Assembly (NCBI GenBank): GCA_963748015.1
Contig: CAVVHE010000004.1
Coordinates: forward strand, 1,664,001-1,728,000
DNA from: Terriglobia bacterium
GTDB taxonomy: Bacteria; Acidobacteriota; Polarisedimenticolia; Polarisedimenticolales; JAIQFR01
DNA: 64,000 bases
Direction: 5' to 3'
Both the position numbers and the translations under genes were made by a program. Positions 1 through 10,081 of this stretch are shown here, in pieces (position 1 is the stretch's first letter; every line of letters begins with the position of its first letter). Under the pieces are notes generated by a model. The model did no database searches. It had not been told where the DNA came from and was given only the letters and a program-made list of their open reading frames with translations.

Positions 1-3000
1 CTGGCGATCGACCTCGAGAAGCGCGGCGAGCGCGTCCTCCTCGTGCCCTGTCTCAAGGACGCCCAGGGGCTCGACTTCCCGTCGTTCCTCGCCGCCTACG
101 ACGACCTGGTCGCCCGCGCGCGCATGGGCCGACTCGCGGTCGAGGATTTCGAGGGGACGTCGATCACGCTCACGAACCCCGGCACGATCGGCACCGCCCT
201 CTCGGTCCCGCGCCTCATGGGCGGACAGGGAACGATCGTCGGCATCGGCGCGATCGGCTACCCGCCGCAGTACGCGGGAATGGCCGAGGGGATGATCGCC
301 GAGATCGGACTGTCGAAGGTCATGACGGTCACGAGCACCTACGACCACCGGATCATCCAGGGCGCGGAGTCGGGAGCGTTCCTCGCGACGATCGAGGCGC
401 TCCTCCTCGGCGAGAACGGCTTCTACGAGCGAATCTTTCGCGAGGTGGAGGTCCCGCACGAGCCCGTGCGCTGGTCCGCCGACCGGGGCACGGGGCCGGC
501 CGCCCCCGCCGCGTCCGGCGAGGCGGTGGAGAAGCAGGCCAGGGCCATCCAGCTCATCCGGTCGTACCGGGTGCGAGGCCACCTCGCCGCGCACCTCGAC
601 CCGCTCGGCGCCGAGCCGGCGCCCCAGCCGGAGCTCGAGCCGACCGAGTACGGGTTCACGCTGTGGGATCTCGACCGGCGGTTCATCGCGGGAGGGCTCG
701 CGGGCGAGACCGGCCTTCTTCCGCTGCGGGAGATTCTCGACATCCTCCGGGAGACGTACTGCCGTCACGTGGGCGTCGAGTTCTACCACATCCCCGAGCC
801 GGAGGTCCGGCGCTGGCTCGAGGAGCGGATGGAGCGCACGAGAAACGCGGAGCCGCTCTCCCGCGAGCTGCAGTCGCGAATCCTCGAGAAGCTCAACGCG
901 GCCGAGGCCTTCGAGCGCTTCCTCCACTCGGCCTACGTCGGCCACAAGCGGTTCTCGCTCGAGGGCGCCGAGACGCTGATCCCGGTCCTCGACGCTCTCT
1001 TGAGCGACGCCGTGGAGGCCGGCATCGAGCAGGCCGTCGTCGGAATGGCCCACCGCGGACGGCTGAACGTCCTGGCGAACGTCGTCGGGAAATCGTACGG
1101 CGCGATCTTCCGGGAGTTCGAGGGGACGGTGGACCCGCAGAGCACCCAGGGCTCCGGCGACGTGAAGTACCACCTCGGCGCGCGAGGGGTGCACCGGGCG
1201 CCCGGCGGCCGCGCGCTCGACCTCGTCCTCGCGTCGAACCCGAGCCACCTCGAGGCGGTGGATCCGGTGGTCGAGGGGATGGCCCGCGCCCGGCAGGACC
1301 TCCTGGGCGACACCGTCACCCGGGCGAGAGTGCTCCCCGTGCTGGTCCATGGCGACGCGGCGTTCGCCGGCCAGGGGGTCGTGGCCGAGACCCTGAACCT
1401 CTCGCAGCTCTCGGGGTATCGCACCGGCGGGACCGTCCACATCGTGGTGAACAACCAGATCGGCTTCACCACCGGCCCCGCGGAGGCGCGATCTTCCCTG
1501 TACGCGACCGACGTCGCGAAGGCGGTCCGCGCCCCGATCTTCCACGTGAACGGCGACAATCCCGAGGATGCGGTCCGCGCCGTCCGCCTCGCTCTCGCGT
1601 TCCGGCTGCAGTTCCGCCGCGACGTCGTGGTCGACCTGGTCTGCTACAGGCGGTGGGGGCACAACGAGGGGGACGACCCGTCGTACACCCACCCGATCCT
1701 CTACGCCAAGATCGAGAAGCACCGGTCGGTGCGCAAGCTCTACACCGAGCAGCTGCTGCGGCGGGGCGACCTCGGCCCCGGCGAGGCGGAGGCGGCGCTG
1801 CAGGACTTCCGGGAGCGGCTCGACCGGACGTTCGAGGAGGTGCGCCGGGCGAAGGCCGAGCCGGAGGCCACGGCCAGGGAGGAGCTGGAGGCGGTCGAGG
1901 GGATCGCGCGCCCGCACTCGGAGACGTCCGTCCCGCGCGGAACGCTCGAGAAGGTGCTCGAGGGCCTCGACCGCGTGCCGGCGGGATTCGAGGTCCACCC
2001 CAAGCTCGCGAAGCAGCTCGCGAAGCGCGCGGACGAGTTCGGCGGCGACCGGATCGACTGGGCCCTCGCGGAAGCCCTCGCGTTCGGCTCGCTCGTTCTC
2101 GAGGGAACGCCGGTCCGCCTGTCGGGGCAGGACAGCGGGCGCGGCACCTTCAGCCAGCGGCACGCGGTCCTCTACGACTACCGGACCGCGAAGCCCCACG
2201 CCCCGCTCTCCCACCTCGCCGCGGACCAGGGGCGATTCGAGGTCCACGACAGCCTCCTCTCGGAGTTCGCCGTGCTCGGCTTCGAGTACGGCTACAGCGT
2301 GGACGCCCCGGAGACGCTGGTTCTATGGGAAGCGCAGTTCGGGGACTTCGCGAACGGCGCGCAGGTCATCATCGACCAGTTCATCGCCGCCTCCGAGGAG
2401 AAGTGGGGCCAGGCGAGCGGCGTGGTCCTGCTCCTCCCCCACGGCCACGAGGGGCAGGGACCCGAGCACTCGAGCGCCAGGCTCGAGCGCTTCCTGCAGC
2501 TTTGCGCCCGCGGGAACATCCAGGTCGCCTGTCCGACGACTCCCGCGCAGTACTTCCACCTGCTGAGGCGGCAGGTGCGGCGGCCGGAGAGGAAGCCCCT
2601 CGTGGTGCTCACGCCGAAGAGCCTGCTGCGGCACCGGGACGCCGTCTCCCCCGCCGCGGCGCTCTCGAGCGGGACCTTCGAGGAGATCCTCGACGACGCG
2701 TCGATCGCCGACCCGTCCCGCGTCCACCGGGTACTCCTCGCGTCGGGGAAGGTCTTCTACGACCTCGAAGCGCACCGGCGGGAGTCGGCGCCCCAGGGCA
2801 CCGCGATCGTCCGGATCGAGCAGCTCTACCCCTTCCCCACCGAGCAGCTCGGCGCGGTCCTCGATCGCTATCCCGCCGCGTCCGACCTGGTGTGGGTCCA
2901 GGAGGAGCCGCGGAACATGGGAGCCTGGGCCTTCGTGGCGGAGCGGGCTCCGGCCGCCTTTCCGGAACGGCTCGCGCTCCGCTACGCCGGCCGGCCGAGG

Positions 3001-3108
3001 AACGCGAGCCCCGCGACCGGCTCGTACAAGCGGCACCTCGCCGAGCAGCGGACGCTCGTCGCGGACGCGTTCGGGGAGAAGCCTGCGCCGTCCAAGGTCG
3101 GGAACTGA
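1..3108 (+). CDS. kgd: Multifunctional 2-oxoglutarate dehydrogenase/decarboxylase (E2o succinyltransferase domain fused to E1o), 5'-truncated by the window edge
   Basis: Frame is open from base 1. E2 motifs TLTNPGTIG and TSTYDHRIIQGAESG precede E1 motifs KRFSLEGAE, GMAHRGRLN, HGDAAF..VVNNQIGFTT (ThDP binding), LWEAQFGDFANGAQ and GPEHSSARLERFLQ. Confidence 0.95.
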   Translation: MAIDLEKRGERVLLVPCLKDAQGLDFPSFLAAYDDLVARARMGRLAVEDFEGTSITLTNPGTIGTALSVPRLMGGQGTIVGIGAIGYPPQYAGMAEGMIAEIGLSKVMTVTSTYDHRIIQGAESGAFLATIEALLLGENGFYERIFREVEVPHEPVRWSADRGTGPAAPAASGEAVEKQARAIQLIRSYRVRGHLAAHLDPLGAEPAPQPELEPTEYGFTLWDLDRRFIAGGLAGETGLLPLREILDILRETYCRHVGVEFYHIPEPEVRRWLEERMERTRNAEPLSRELQSRILEKLNAAEAFERFLHSAYVGHKRFSLEGAETLIPVLDALLSDAVEAGIEQAVVGMAHRGRLNVLANVVGKSYGAIFREFEGTVDPQSTQGSGDVKYHLGARGVHRAPGGRALDLVLASNPSHLEAVDPVVEGMARARQDLLGDTVTRARVLPVLVHGDAAFAGQGVVAETLNLSQLSGYRTGGTVHIVVNNQIGFTTGPAEARSSLYATDVAKAVRAPIFHVNGDNPEDAVRAVRLALAFRLQFRRDVVVDLVCYRRWGHNEGDDPSYTHPILYAKIEKHRSVRKLYTEQLLRRGDLGPGEAEAALQDFRERLDRTFEEVRRAKAEPEATAREELEAVEGIARPHSETSVPRGTLEKVLEGLDRVPAGFEVHPKLAKQLAKRADEFGGDRIDWALAEALAFGSLVLEGTPVRLSGQDSGRGTFSQRHAVLYDYRTAKPHAPLSHLAADQGRFEVHDSLLSEFAVLGFEYGYSVDAPETLVLWEAQFGDFANGAQVIIDQFIAASEEKWGQASGVVLLLPHGHEGQGPEHSSARLERFLQLCARGNIQVACPTTPAQYFHLLRRQVRRPERKPLVVLTPKSLLRHRDAVSPAAALSSGTFEEILDDASIADPSRVHRVLLASGKVFYDLEAHRRESAPQGTAIVRIEQLYPFPTEQLGAVLDRYPAASDLVWVQEEPRNMGAWAFVAERAPAAFPERLALRYAGRPRNASPATGSYKRHLAEQRTLVADAFGEKPAPSKVGN

Positions 3109-3118
3109 CGGAAACCGC

Positions 3119-3925
3119 TCAGACGACGAGCGCGGCGAACGCGATCGCCGCGAAGGCGGACGCGACCCACGCCTCGCGCCAGCCGAGCGCCCTCACGTTC
3201 TCGGGGGGCGACGCGAGCCCCCACGCCGTGCGCAGGAGCGCGGGAACGAAGGCGAGCGTCGCGGCCGCTGGGATCCACCCCGCCGCCCAGAGCGACGCGA
3301 TCGCGGCCCCGATCCCCGCGTGAGAGAGGAGGCAGGCCGCGATCGCGGCCCGCCGGTCCGCCTTGAGACGCGAGAACGCCCGGACGAACGCAACCGTCGA
3401 GAGAAAGTAGGAGAGGCAGAGCAGAGCCAGCCCCGCGCCCTGCCCGTCCGGCGGGCGTCCGGCGAACGCCATCACGAGGGGGGCGCCGCCCGCGAGCCCC
3501 GCCATGCCGACGACCTCGCCGCCGAGCGTGCGGTCCCACCGGGCGAGCGCGAGCGAGGCGTGGACGGTTCCGAGGACCAGGATCACGCCCCCGACCGCGA
3601 GCGCCCCGGGGCGCGCCGGCGGCTCGGCCGCCGCCCACGCGAAAGCGAACCCGGCGGCGGATCCGGCGAGGTAGACCGACGTCCACGCCGCGCGTCGGCG
3701 CAGGTAGCCGGGGGGCGACGCCTTGCCGCTGGCGACCCGCGCGGCGGCCGGCACCGCCACGAAGCGGGCGAGGAACAAAAGCGTCATCGAGGGAACGAGC
3801 AGCAACGTCGCGGCCACCGGGCGCCCCGCGGCGGCGAATCCGAGGAGCAGCGGGATCGCGAGCATCGCCCACGCCCCGTGCTCGTGCGGCAGGGGCGGCG
3901 GGCCGAATGCGCGGGTTCCCTCCAA
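3119..3925 (-). CDS. YwiC-like integral membrane protein
   Basis: N-terminal P.EHGAWAML motif and C-terminal GWREA, with multiple hydrophobic helices. Confidence 0.75.
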   Translation of the reverse strand: MEGTRAFGPPPLPHEHGAWAMLAIPLLLGFAAAGRPVAATLLLVPSMTLLFLARFVAVPAAARVASGKASPPGYLRRRAAWTSVYLAGSAAGFAFAWAAAEPPARPGALAVGGVILVLGTVHASLALARWDRTLGGEVVGMAGLAGGAPLVMAFAGRPPDGQGAGLALLCLSYFLSTVAFVRAFSRLKADRRAAIAACLLSHAGIGAAIASLWAAGWIPAAATLAFVPALLRTAWGLASPPENVRALGWREAWVASAFAAIAFAALVV

Positions 3926-3961
3926 GAGCCCCTCCCGTCTCGTTCCGCGGTGCGCGCCGCG

Positions 3962-6900
3962 TCAGATCTCGGCCGAGGCCTTCCTCTCCCGCCCGCCGAG
4001 GAACCACAACCACCGTCCCAGCTTCTCCTGCAGCCCCTCCATGTACGTGTAGAACACCGGCGTCACGAAGAGGGTCAGCGACTGGGAAACGAGCAGGCCT
4101 CCGACGACGGCCAGGCCGAGCGGGCGCCGCGCCTCGGCGCCGGCGCCGAGGCCGAGGGCGATCGGCAGCGTCCCGAACAGCGCGGCCATGGTGGTCATCA
4201 TGATCGGACGGAACCGCACGACGCACGCCTCGTAGATCGCGTCCGCGGGCTTCCTCCCTTCCTTGCGCTGCGTCTCGAGCGCGAAGTCGATCATGATGAT
4301 GCCGTTCTTCTTCACGAGGCCGACCAGCATGATGATGCCGACGAAGGCGTAGATGTTCAGGTCCACGCGGAAGATCAGCAGCGTGAGCAGCGCGCCCAGG
4401 CCGGCGAGCGGCAGCGCCGACAGGATCGTGAACGGGTGGATGAAGCTCTCGTACAGGATTCCCAGCACCATGTAGATCACGAGGATCGCCAGGACGAGCA
4501 GCAGCCCGAGCCCCTGCATCGAGGACTGGAACGCCTGCGCGGTTCCCTGGAACGACGCGCCGACGCTCGCCGGGAGCGTCGCGCGCGCCAGCCGGTCCAC
4601 CTCGTCGGTGGCCTGCCCGAGGGACACGCCGGGGCGCAGGTTGAACGAGAGCGTGACCGAGGGGACCTGTCCCGAGTGGTTGACCGTGAGCGGGCCGAGA
4701 CCCGGCCTCATCCCGACCAGGGAGTCCAGCGGCACGAGCTGTCCCGACGACGCTCGGACGTAGAGGAGCGAGAGGTCCGTGATGTCGGACTGGAACTCGG
4801 GCTTCATCTCCATGATGACCTGGTACTGCGTTGTTCGGGGCGAAGATCGTCGAGATCTGCCGGGTGCCGTACGCGGAGTAGAGCGCGTCCTCGATCTGCT
4901 GCGCGGTCACGCCGAGGGACGACGACTTGTCCCGGTCGATGTCGATGTCGATCTGCGGGTTCTTCAGCAGGAGGTCGGTGCTGACGTCCACCAGCATCGG
5001 GTGGGCGCGCATCTTCGCCTCGAGGAGGGGCGCCACCCGGAACAGCTCCGCGGTGTCGGGGCCGGTCAGCGTGACCTGGTACTGGCTGCGCGTCTGCCGC
5101 CCGCCCACCTGGATCGCGGGGGGCGACTGCACGAACACCCTGAGCCCCGGGATCGCTGACGAGCTTCGGCCGCAGCGCCTCGACGACCTCGTCGGCGGAG
5201 AGGGTCCTCTCGCGCCTCGGCTTCAGCCGCGCGAAGAAGAACCCGGTGTTCGAAGCCCCCATGCCCCCGCGCCCCCCCGCCGAGGACATGAACGCCTCGA
5301 TGTTCGGATCGCCGCGGAGCACCTCCGCGACCAGCTGCTGGTGCTCGACCATGGCGTCGAAGGAGATCCCCTCGATCGCCTCGACCTGGCCGAAGATCTG
5401 CCCGATGTCCGTTGAGGGGATGAACCCCTTGGGCACCGCGACGAACAGCGCCCCGGTCAGCACGGTGATGACGAGCGTTCCGAACATCATGGTGCGCCGG
5501 TGAGCGAGCGACCACTTGAGGCCTCGCTCGTAGGCGGCCAGCATGCCGGCGAAGAAGCGCTCGAAGACGTTGTACAGCGCGTTGTGGACGACCTCCGCGG
5601 GCGGGCGGATGAAGCGCGACGAGAGCATCGGCGTCAGCGTCAGCGCCACGAACCCCGAGATGAGCACCGACAGGCCGATGACCACGGAGAACTCGCGGAA
5701 CAGCCGGCCGACGATCCCTCCCATGAAGAGCACCGGGATGAACACCGCCGCGAGCGAGAGGGTCATGGACACGATGGTGAAGCCGATCTCGCGGGCGCCG
5801 TCCAGCGCCGCCCGGAAGGGCTCCTTCCCCATCTCCATGTGGCGGACGATGTTCTCGAGCATGACGATGGCGTCGTCGACCACGAAGCCCACCGACAGCG
5901 TCAGCGCCATCAGCGAGAGGTTGTCGAGGGAGTAGCCGAGCAGCTGCATGACCGCGAAGGTGCCGACGATGGACATCGGCATCGCGAGCGAGGGGATCAC
6001 GGTCGCGGAGAGGTTGCGCAGGAACAGGAAGATCACCAGCACGACCAGGACCAGGGTAATGAGGAGCGTCGCCTTGACGTCGTTGACCGACTCGTCGATC
6101 GACAGCGACCGGTCGAAGAGCACGTCGAGGGAGACGCTGGCGGGAAGCTGGCGCTGGAACGTGGGAAGGAGCTGCTTCACCTTTCCTGCGACCTCGACGG
6201 TGTTGGTTCCGGGCTGGCGTTGGATGGCCAGGACGACTCCGCGCTGGTTCACGAACCACGCCGCGGTCTTGTTGTTCTCGACGCCGTCCACGACGTCGCC
6301 CAGCTCGTCGAGGCGGATCGGCTTGCCGGCGCGGTAGGCCACGACCAGCGGCCGGTAGGCGGCGGCGCGGGTGAGCTGCCCCCGCGTCATGATCGTGTAG
6401 GCCTTGTCCGGGCCGTAGAGGATGCCGCTCGGGAGATTGACGTTGCCGGTGCGCACCGCCTGCGACACCTCGTCGATCCCGAGCCCGCGGGTCGCGAGCG
6501 CCCGCGGGTCGAGCTGGATGCGGACGGCGTACTTCTGCGCGCCGTAGACCAGCACCTGCGCCACCCCCGACACCGTCGAGATCCGCTGCGCCATCATCGT
6601 CTCGCCGTACTCGTTCAGCTCGTAGAGGGGCAGCGTCGGCGAAGTGAGGGCCACGAACAGGATCGGCTGATCGGCCGGGTTCACCTTCTGGTACGTGGGG
6701 GGGAAAGGCATGTCCCGCGGGAGCTGCCGGTTCGCCCGCGCGATCGCGGCCTGCACGTCCTGGGCGGCGGCGTCGATGTTGCGGCTCAGGTTGAACTGCA
6801 GGACGATGTTCGTGCTCCCCAGGGCGCTCGAGGAGGTCATCGTGTCCACGCCGGCGATGGTGGAGAACTCCTTCTCGAGCGGCGTGGCCACCGAGGAGGC

Positions 6901-7077
6901 CATGGTCTCCGGATTGGCACCCGGGAGCGACGCGGACACGGAGATCGTCGGGAAGTCCACGTTGGGGAGGTCGCTCACCGGAAGCAGCCTGTAGGCCATC
7001 ATCCCGAAGATGAGGATCCCCGCCATGACGATCGCCGTCATGACGGGGCGGCGGATGAAGAGCTCGGAGAAGCTCAT
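3962..7077 (-). CDS. RND efflux permease (MdtB/MdtC/AcrB family), with two +1 frameshifts in this sequence (~5154 and ~4829)
   Basis: MSFSELFIRRPV start, GFVVDDAIVMLENI and GLVKKNGIIMIDFA/RFRPIMMTT motifs lie in three frames. The span of 3116 nt = 3n+2, so removing one base at each site gives a continuous ~1037-aa RND protein. Confidence 0.9.
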
Positions 7078-8204
7078 GACGGCTTGCCTCCCGCGCTCGG
7101 CCCTTCCTTCACGGCCACGCGCGACCCCTGCACGAGGCGGATCTGCCCGTCCGTGACCACCGTCTCGCCGGCATCGAGGCCTTCGGCGATCACCGCGTCG
7201 ACCTCGTCCATCCGAGCGACCTTGACGGGACGAAGCTCCACCGTCGCGTCCCCCTTCACGACGAAGACGTACTGGCCCTGCTGCCCGCTCTGGACCGCCG
7301 TTGCCGGCGCGACGATCCGGTCCGGCTCCTCCCCGAGCGTCACGACCACGTCCACGAACTCTCCCGGCCACAGCCTCTCGTCGTCGTTGGGGAAGGTGCC
7401 CTTGAGGAGAATGGTGCTGGTGGACATGTCCACGGTGTTGTCCATGAAGGAAAGCGTGCCGTTCGACGCATCATCGGAGCCTCCCGGCGCGATCGCGCGG
7501 ACCGGGATCCTCTCTCCCCTTCGCTGCCGGATCGCCGGGACGAACTGCGCGGGGACCGAGAATGCGACGTAGATCGGGCGGGTCTGGTTCACCACGACGA
7601 GAGGGGTGTCGTCGTTGGCCTTGACGAGATTCCCCGGCTTGACGTTCAGGTTCCCGGTGCGCCCGGAAACCGGTGCGGTGATGGTGCAGTAGGCGACCTG
7701 GAGACGCGCGTTGTCCACGTTCGCCTGGTCCGAGGCGACCACCGCCCGGAGCGAGTCCGCGCTCGCCACGGCGAAATCGTACTGCTCCTTGGTGACGAAG
7801 TCCTTCTTCACGAGATCGGCGTAGCGCTCGACGTCCGCGTCCGCCTTTCGCAGAAGCGCCTGGTCCCTGGCGAGCTGAGCCTCGGCCATGCGGCGCGCGG
7901 CATCAAAGGGGCGCGCGTCGATGACGAACAGGACGTCGCCGGCGCGAACGCTCTGCCCCTCCGTGAAACCGACCCGGGTCAGCTCGCCTCCGATCCGAGC
8001 GCGCAGGGAGACGTTGGCGATCGACTCGGCGTGGCCGATGGCGCGGAACTGCACGGGCACGGTCTTCCGGACCGCCTTGGCCACCGTCACGGGGACCGGA
8101 GGCTGCGCGCGCGGCGGCTCCTTACCGCCGCACGCGGCCAGGACCAAGGCGACGACGGGCACGAGGGCCGGGAGCAGGCGATTTCCGAGCGCGTTCGATC
8201 TCAT
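7074..8204 (-). CDS. RND periplasmic adaptor (MdtA/AcrA-like) lipoprotein
   Basis: Lipobox LAAC, ITAPVSGRTG and LWPGEFV motifs; ATGA overlap with the permease. Confidence 0.92.
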   Translation of the reverse strand: MRSNALGNRLLPALVPVVALVLAACGGKEPPRAQPPVPVTVAKAVRKTVPVQFRAIGHAESIANVSLRARIGGELTRVGFTEGQSVRAGDVLFVIDARPFDAARRMAEAQLARDQALLRKADADVERYADLVKKDFVTKEQYDFAVASADSLRAVVASDQANVDNARLQVAYCTITAPVSGRTGNLNVKPGNLVKANDDTPLVVVNQTRPIYVAFSVPAQFVPAIRQRRGERIPVRAIAPGGSDDASNGTLSFMDNTVDMSTSTILLKGTFPNDDERLWPGEFVDVVVTLGEEPDRIVAPATAVQSGQQGQYVFVVKGDATVELRPVKVARMDEVDAVIAEGLDAGETVVTDGQIRLVQGSRVAVKEGPSAGGKPS

Positions 8205-9679
8205 GGTGTTCCTCTCGTGGACCCGTCGGTGGACGGGGCTACCGTTCCGCTTGTCGCGGCGGGAGGCCAGAGCGTCCCCGTGTCATGAGCGAGGCGGGCG
8301 AGAGCCAGGAGCCACTCGACGCGCGCGCCGACCTGCTCCGCCCTGGCGGACGACAGCCCGGCCTGGGCCACGAGGAGGTCGATGATGTTCCCGACCCCCG
8401 CCTTGTAACGGCCCAGGGCGACCTCGTTCGACTGCGTCGCGCTGGCGAGGAGGTCCGCCGCGGTCCTCTGCTTCTGCTCCGCGGTCCGGAGGGCGTAGTA
8501 GCTGCTCCAGACCTGGTAGACCGCCTGTTGCCGGAGCGTCTCGAGCGACGCGCGGGACCTGTCGGCGTCGGCCTCCGACTGGAGCTCCTTGTAGTGCTGC
8601 GAGAAGCCGGTGAAGAGCGGGAACCTCAGGAACAGTCCGGCGGCGTAAGTGTCCTGGTACGGCTCGCCGCCGTCGTACCAGACCCGCCCGAGCTGACCCG
8701 AAAAGCCGAGCGAGGGCCACCGGTCGGACCGGACCTTCTTCACGTGGCTCTCCGCTTCCGCGACGAGGGAGCGAGCCGCCGCGAGATCCGGCCGCTGCTC
8801 CTGGGCGCGGACGATGATCGCGTCCACGTCCTTCGAGACCTGCACCACGGGGAGATCGTCGGGGGGAGGAGGAACGTCGATCGGGGTGTTCGCGGGAACG
8901 CCGACGGCGGTGGCGAGCGCTCCCCTCACCGTCTGGATCGCGCCCTCCACGGTCTCGAGCGCCAGCTCGGCCCGAGAGAGCGCCGTTCTCGCCTGCAGGA
9001 CGTCGGCGATGGTCGCGACCCCCGCCGCGTGGCGCCCCTCGGCGGCTTCGAGATTGGTGCGGGCCTCCCGCACGTCCGACTCGCGCGCCTCGAGCAGGGC
9101 CTTGGACTGGACGTAGAGGAAGTAGGTCTGCTGGACGGCGAGCACGACGTCCTGAATGGCGGCGTTGTGACTCCAGTCCGCTGCGATCAGCGCCTGCCGC
9201 GACTCCTCCACGGTCGCGCTCCTCCCGCCGACGTCGAACAGGAGGTAATCGAGGAGCAGCGTGGGACCGTAGCTCGTCTGCCGGAACGAGTCCCTTCCCC
9301 CGGACGTCGAGCCCTGCCTGCGGACCGCGCTCGCGTCGAGCTCGACGGTCGGGTAGTAGGCGCCGCGATCGCTGCCGTGCGCCGCGGCTGCGGAGCGCGC
9401 CGCCGCCCAGGTCCCCCGCGTGACCGGGCTGTTACGCAGCGCCAGGTCGATCAGCTGGCTCAGCGTGAAGCCCTCGGCCGCCTTGACGATGTCCGGCGGA
9501 ATCGCGGCCGGGGACGCGGCCACCGGAGGCGGCATCATGGTGCCGGGCGGAGGCGTCCACATTTCGCCGGGCGACGGCGAGGTACCCGGGCCGGTGCGCG
9601 TCTCGGACAGGGAGTGGGCGCACCCCGAGAGGAGGAGAGCCACGGCCACGACGGCGAGCGTTCCGGAATTCGATCGCAT
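8201..9679 (-). CDS. TolC-family outer membrane efflux lipoprotein
   Basis: Lipobox LSGC, YYPTV, GVATIADVLQA and RYKAGVGNIIDLL repeats; first gene of the efflux operon; start chosen at ATG 9679 (GTG 9709 is possible). Confidence 0.88.
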   Translation of the reverse strand: MRSNSGTLAVVAVALLLSGCAHSLSETRTGPGTSPSPGEMWTPPPGTMMPPPVAASPAAIPPDIVKAAEGFTLSQLIDLALRNSPVTRGTWAAARSAAAAHGSDRGAYYPTVELDASAVRRQGSTSGGRDSFRQTSYGPTLLLDYLLFDVGGRSATVEESRQALIAADWSHNAAIQDVVLAVQQTYFLYVQSKALLEARESDVREARTNLEAAEGRHAAGVATIADVLQARTALSRAELALETVEGAIQTVRGALATAVGVPANTPIDVPPPPDDLPVVQVSKDVDAIIVRAQEQRPDLAAARSLVAEAESHVKKVRSDRWPSLGFSGQLGRVWYDGGEPYQDTYAAGLFLRFPLFTGFSQHYKELQSEADADRSRASLETLRQQAVYQVWSSYYALRTAEQKQRTAADLLASATQSNEVALGRYKAGVGNIIDLLVAQAGLSSARAEQVGARVEWLLALARLAHDTGTLWPPAATSGTVAPSTDGSTRGTP

Positions 9680-9904
9680 GCGCGGGTCTCCGATCCTGAA
9701 GCGAATCACCGCGGCCTCGCGGACAGACTCCCGGGGCGGGCCATGCCTCGCCGGCTCTCCGCGCGCAGGCACGGGTCCCGGCGACGGCGATGGATGACCT
9801 GCACGATCTGGGCGACGATCGGCTGCACGCACCGCCTTGCCCGGATGCGGTCGAGGCACGGGTACGTGTTCAAGATCGTCAAGCCCCGACCCGAGCGGGC
9901 GTCT

Positions 9905-10070
9905 CCCATGGTGGACGTGAGATTGTGGGGTGGGCGAGAAAACCGATCCTGGTCGGTCGGGTCGCCCACCCTATGGGCTGCCGATTTCCGGATCTCGTGG
10001 AGATGCCGCGCTTTTTCCTCCGGAGTGCGGCGAGCCGCGGACCACCCCACAATCTCGCGTCCACCATGGG
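9905..10070. mobile_element. MITE: non-autonomous element sharing ends with the IS at 16721-18103
   Basis: 29-bp terminal inverted repeats CCCATGGTGGACGYGAGATTGTGGGGTGG (9905-9933 / 10042-10070, 1 mismatch); flanking direct repeat CGTCT (9900-9904 / 10071-10075); no transposase inside. Confidence 0.85.
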
Positions 10071-10081
10071 CGTCTCCCGGG

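Noticed and set aside
663..3323. Long alternative-frame and antisense ORFs here and throughout (e.g. 8285-11509, 28072-31317, 54346-56154)
   Set aside because: Arg/Pro/Gly-rich shadow ORFs expected in high-GC DNA; they overlap well-supported genes and have no motifs.
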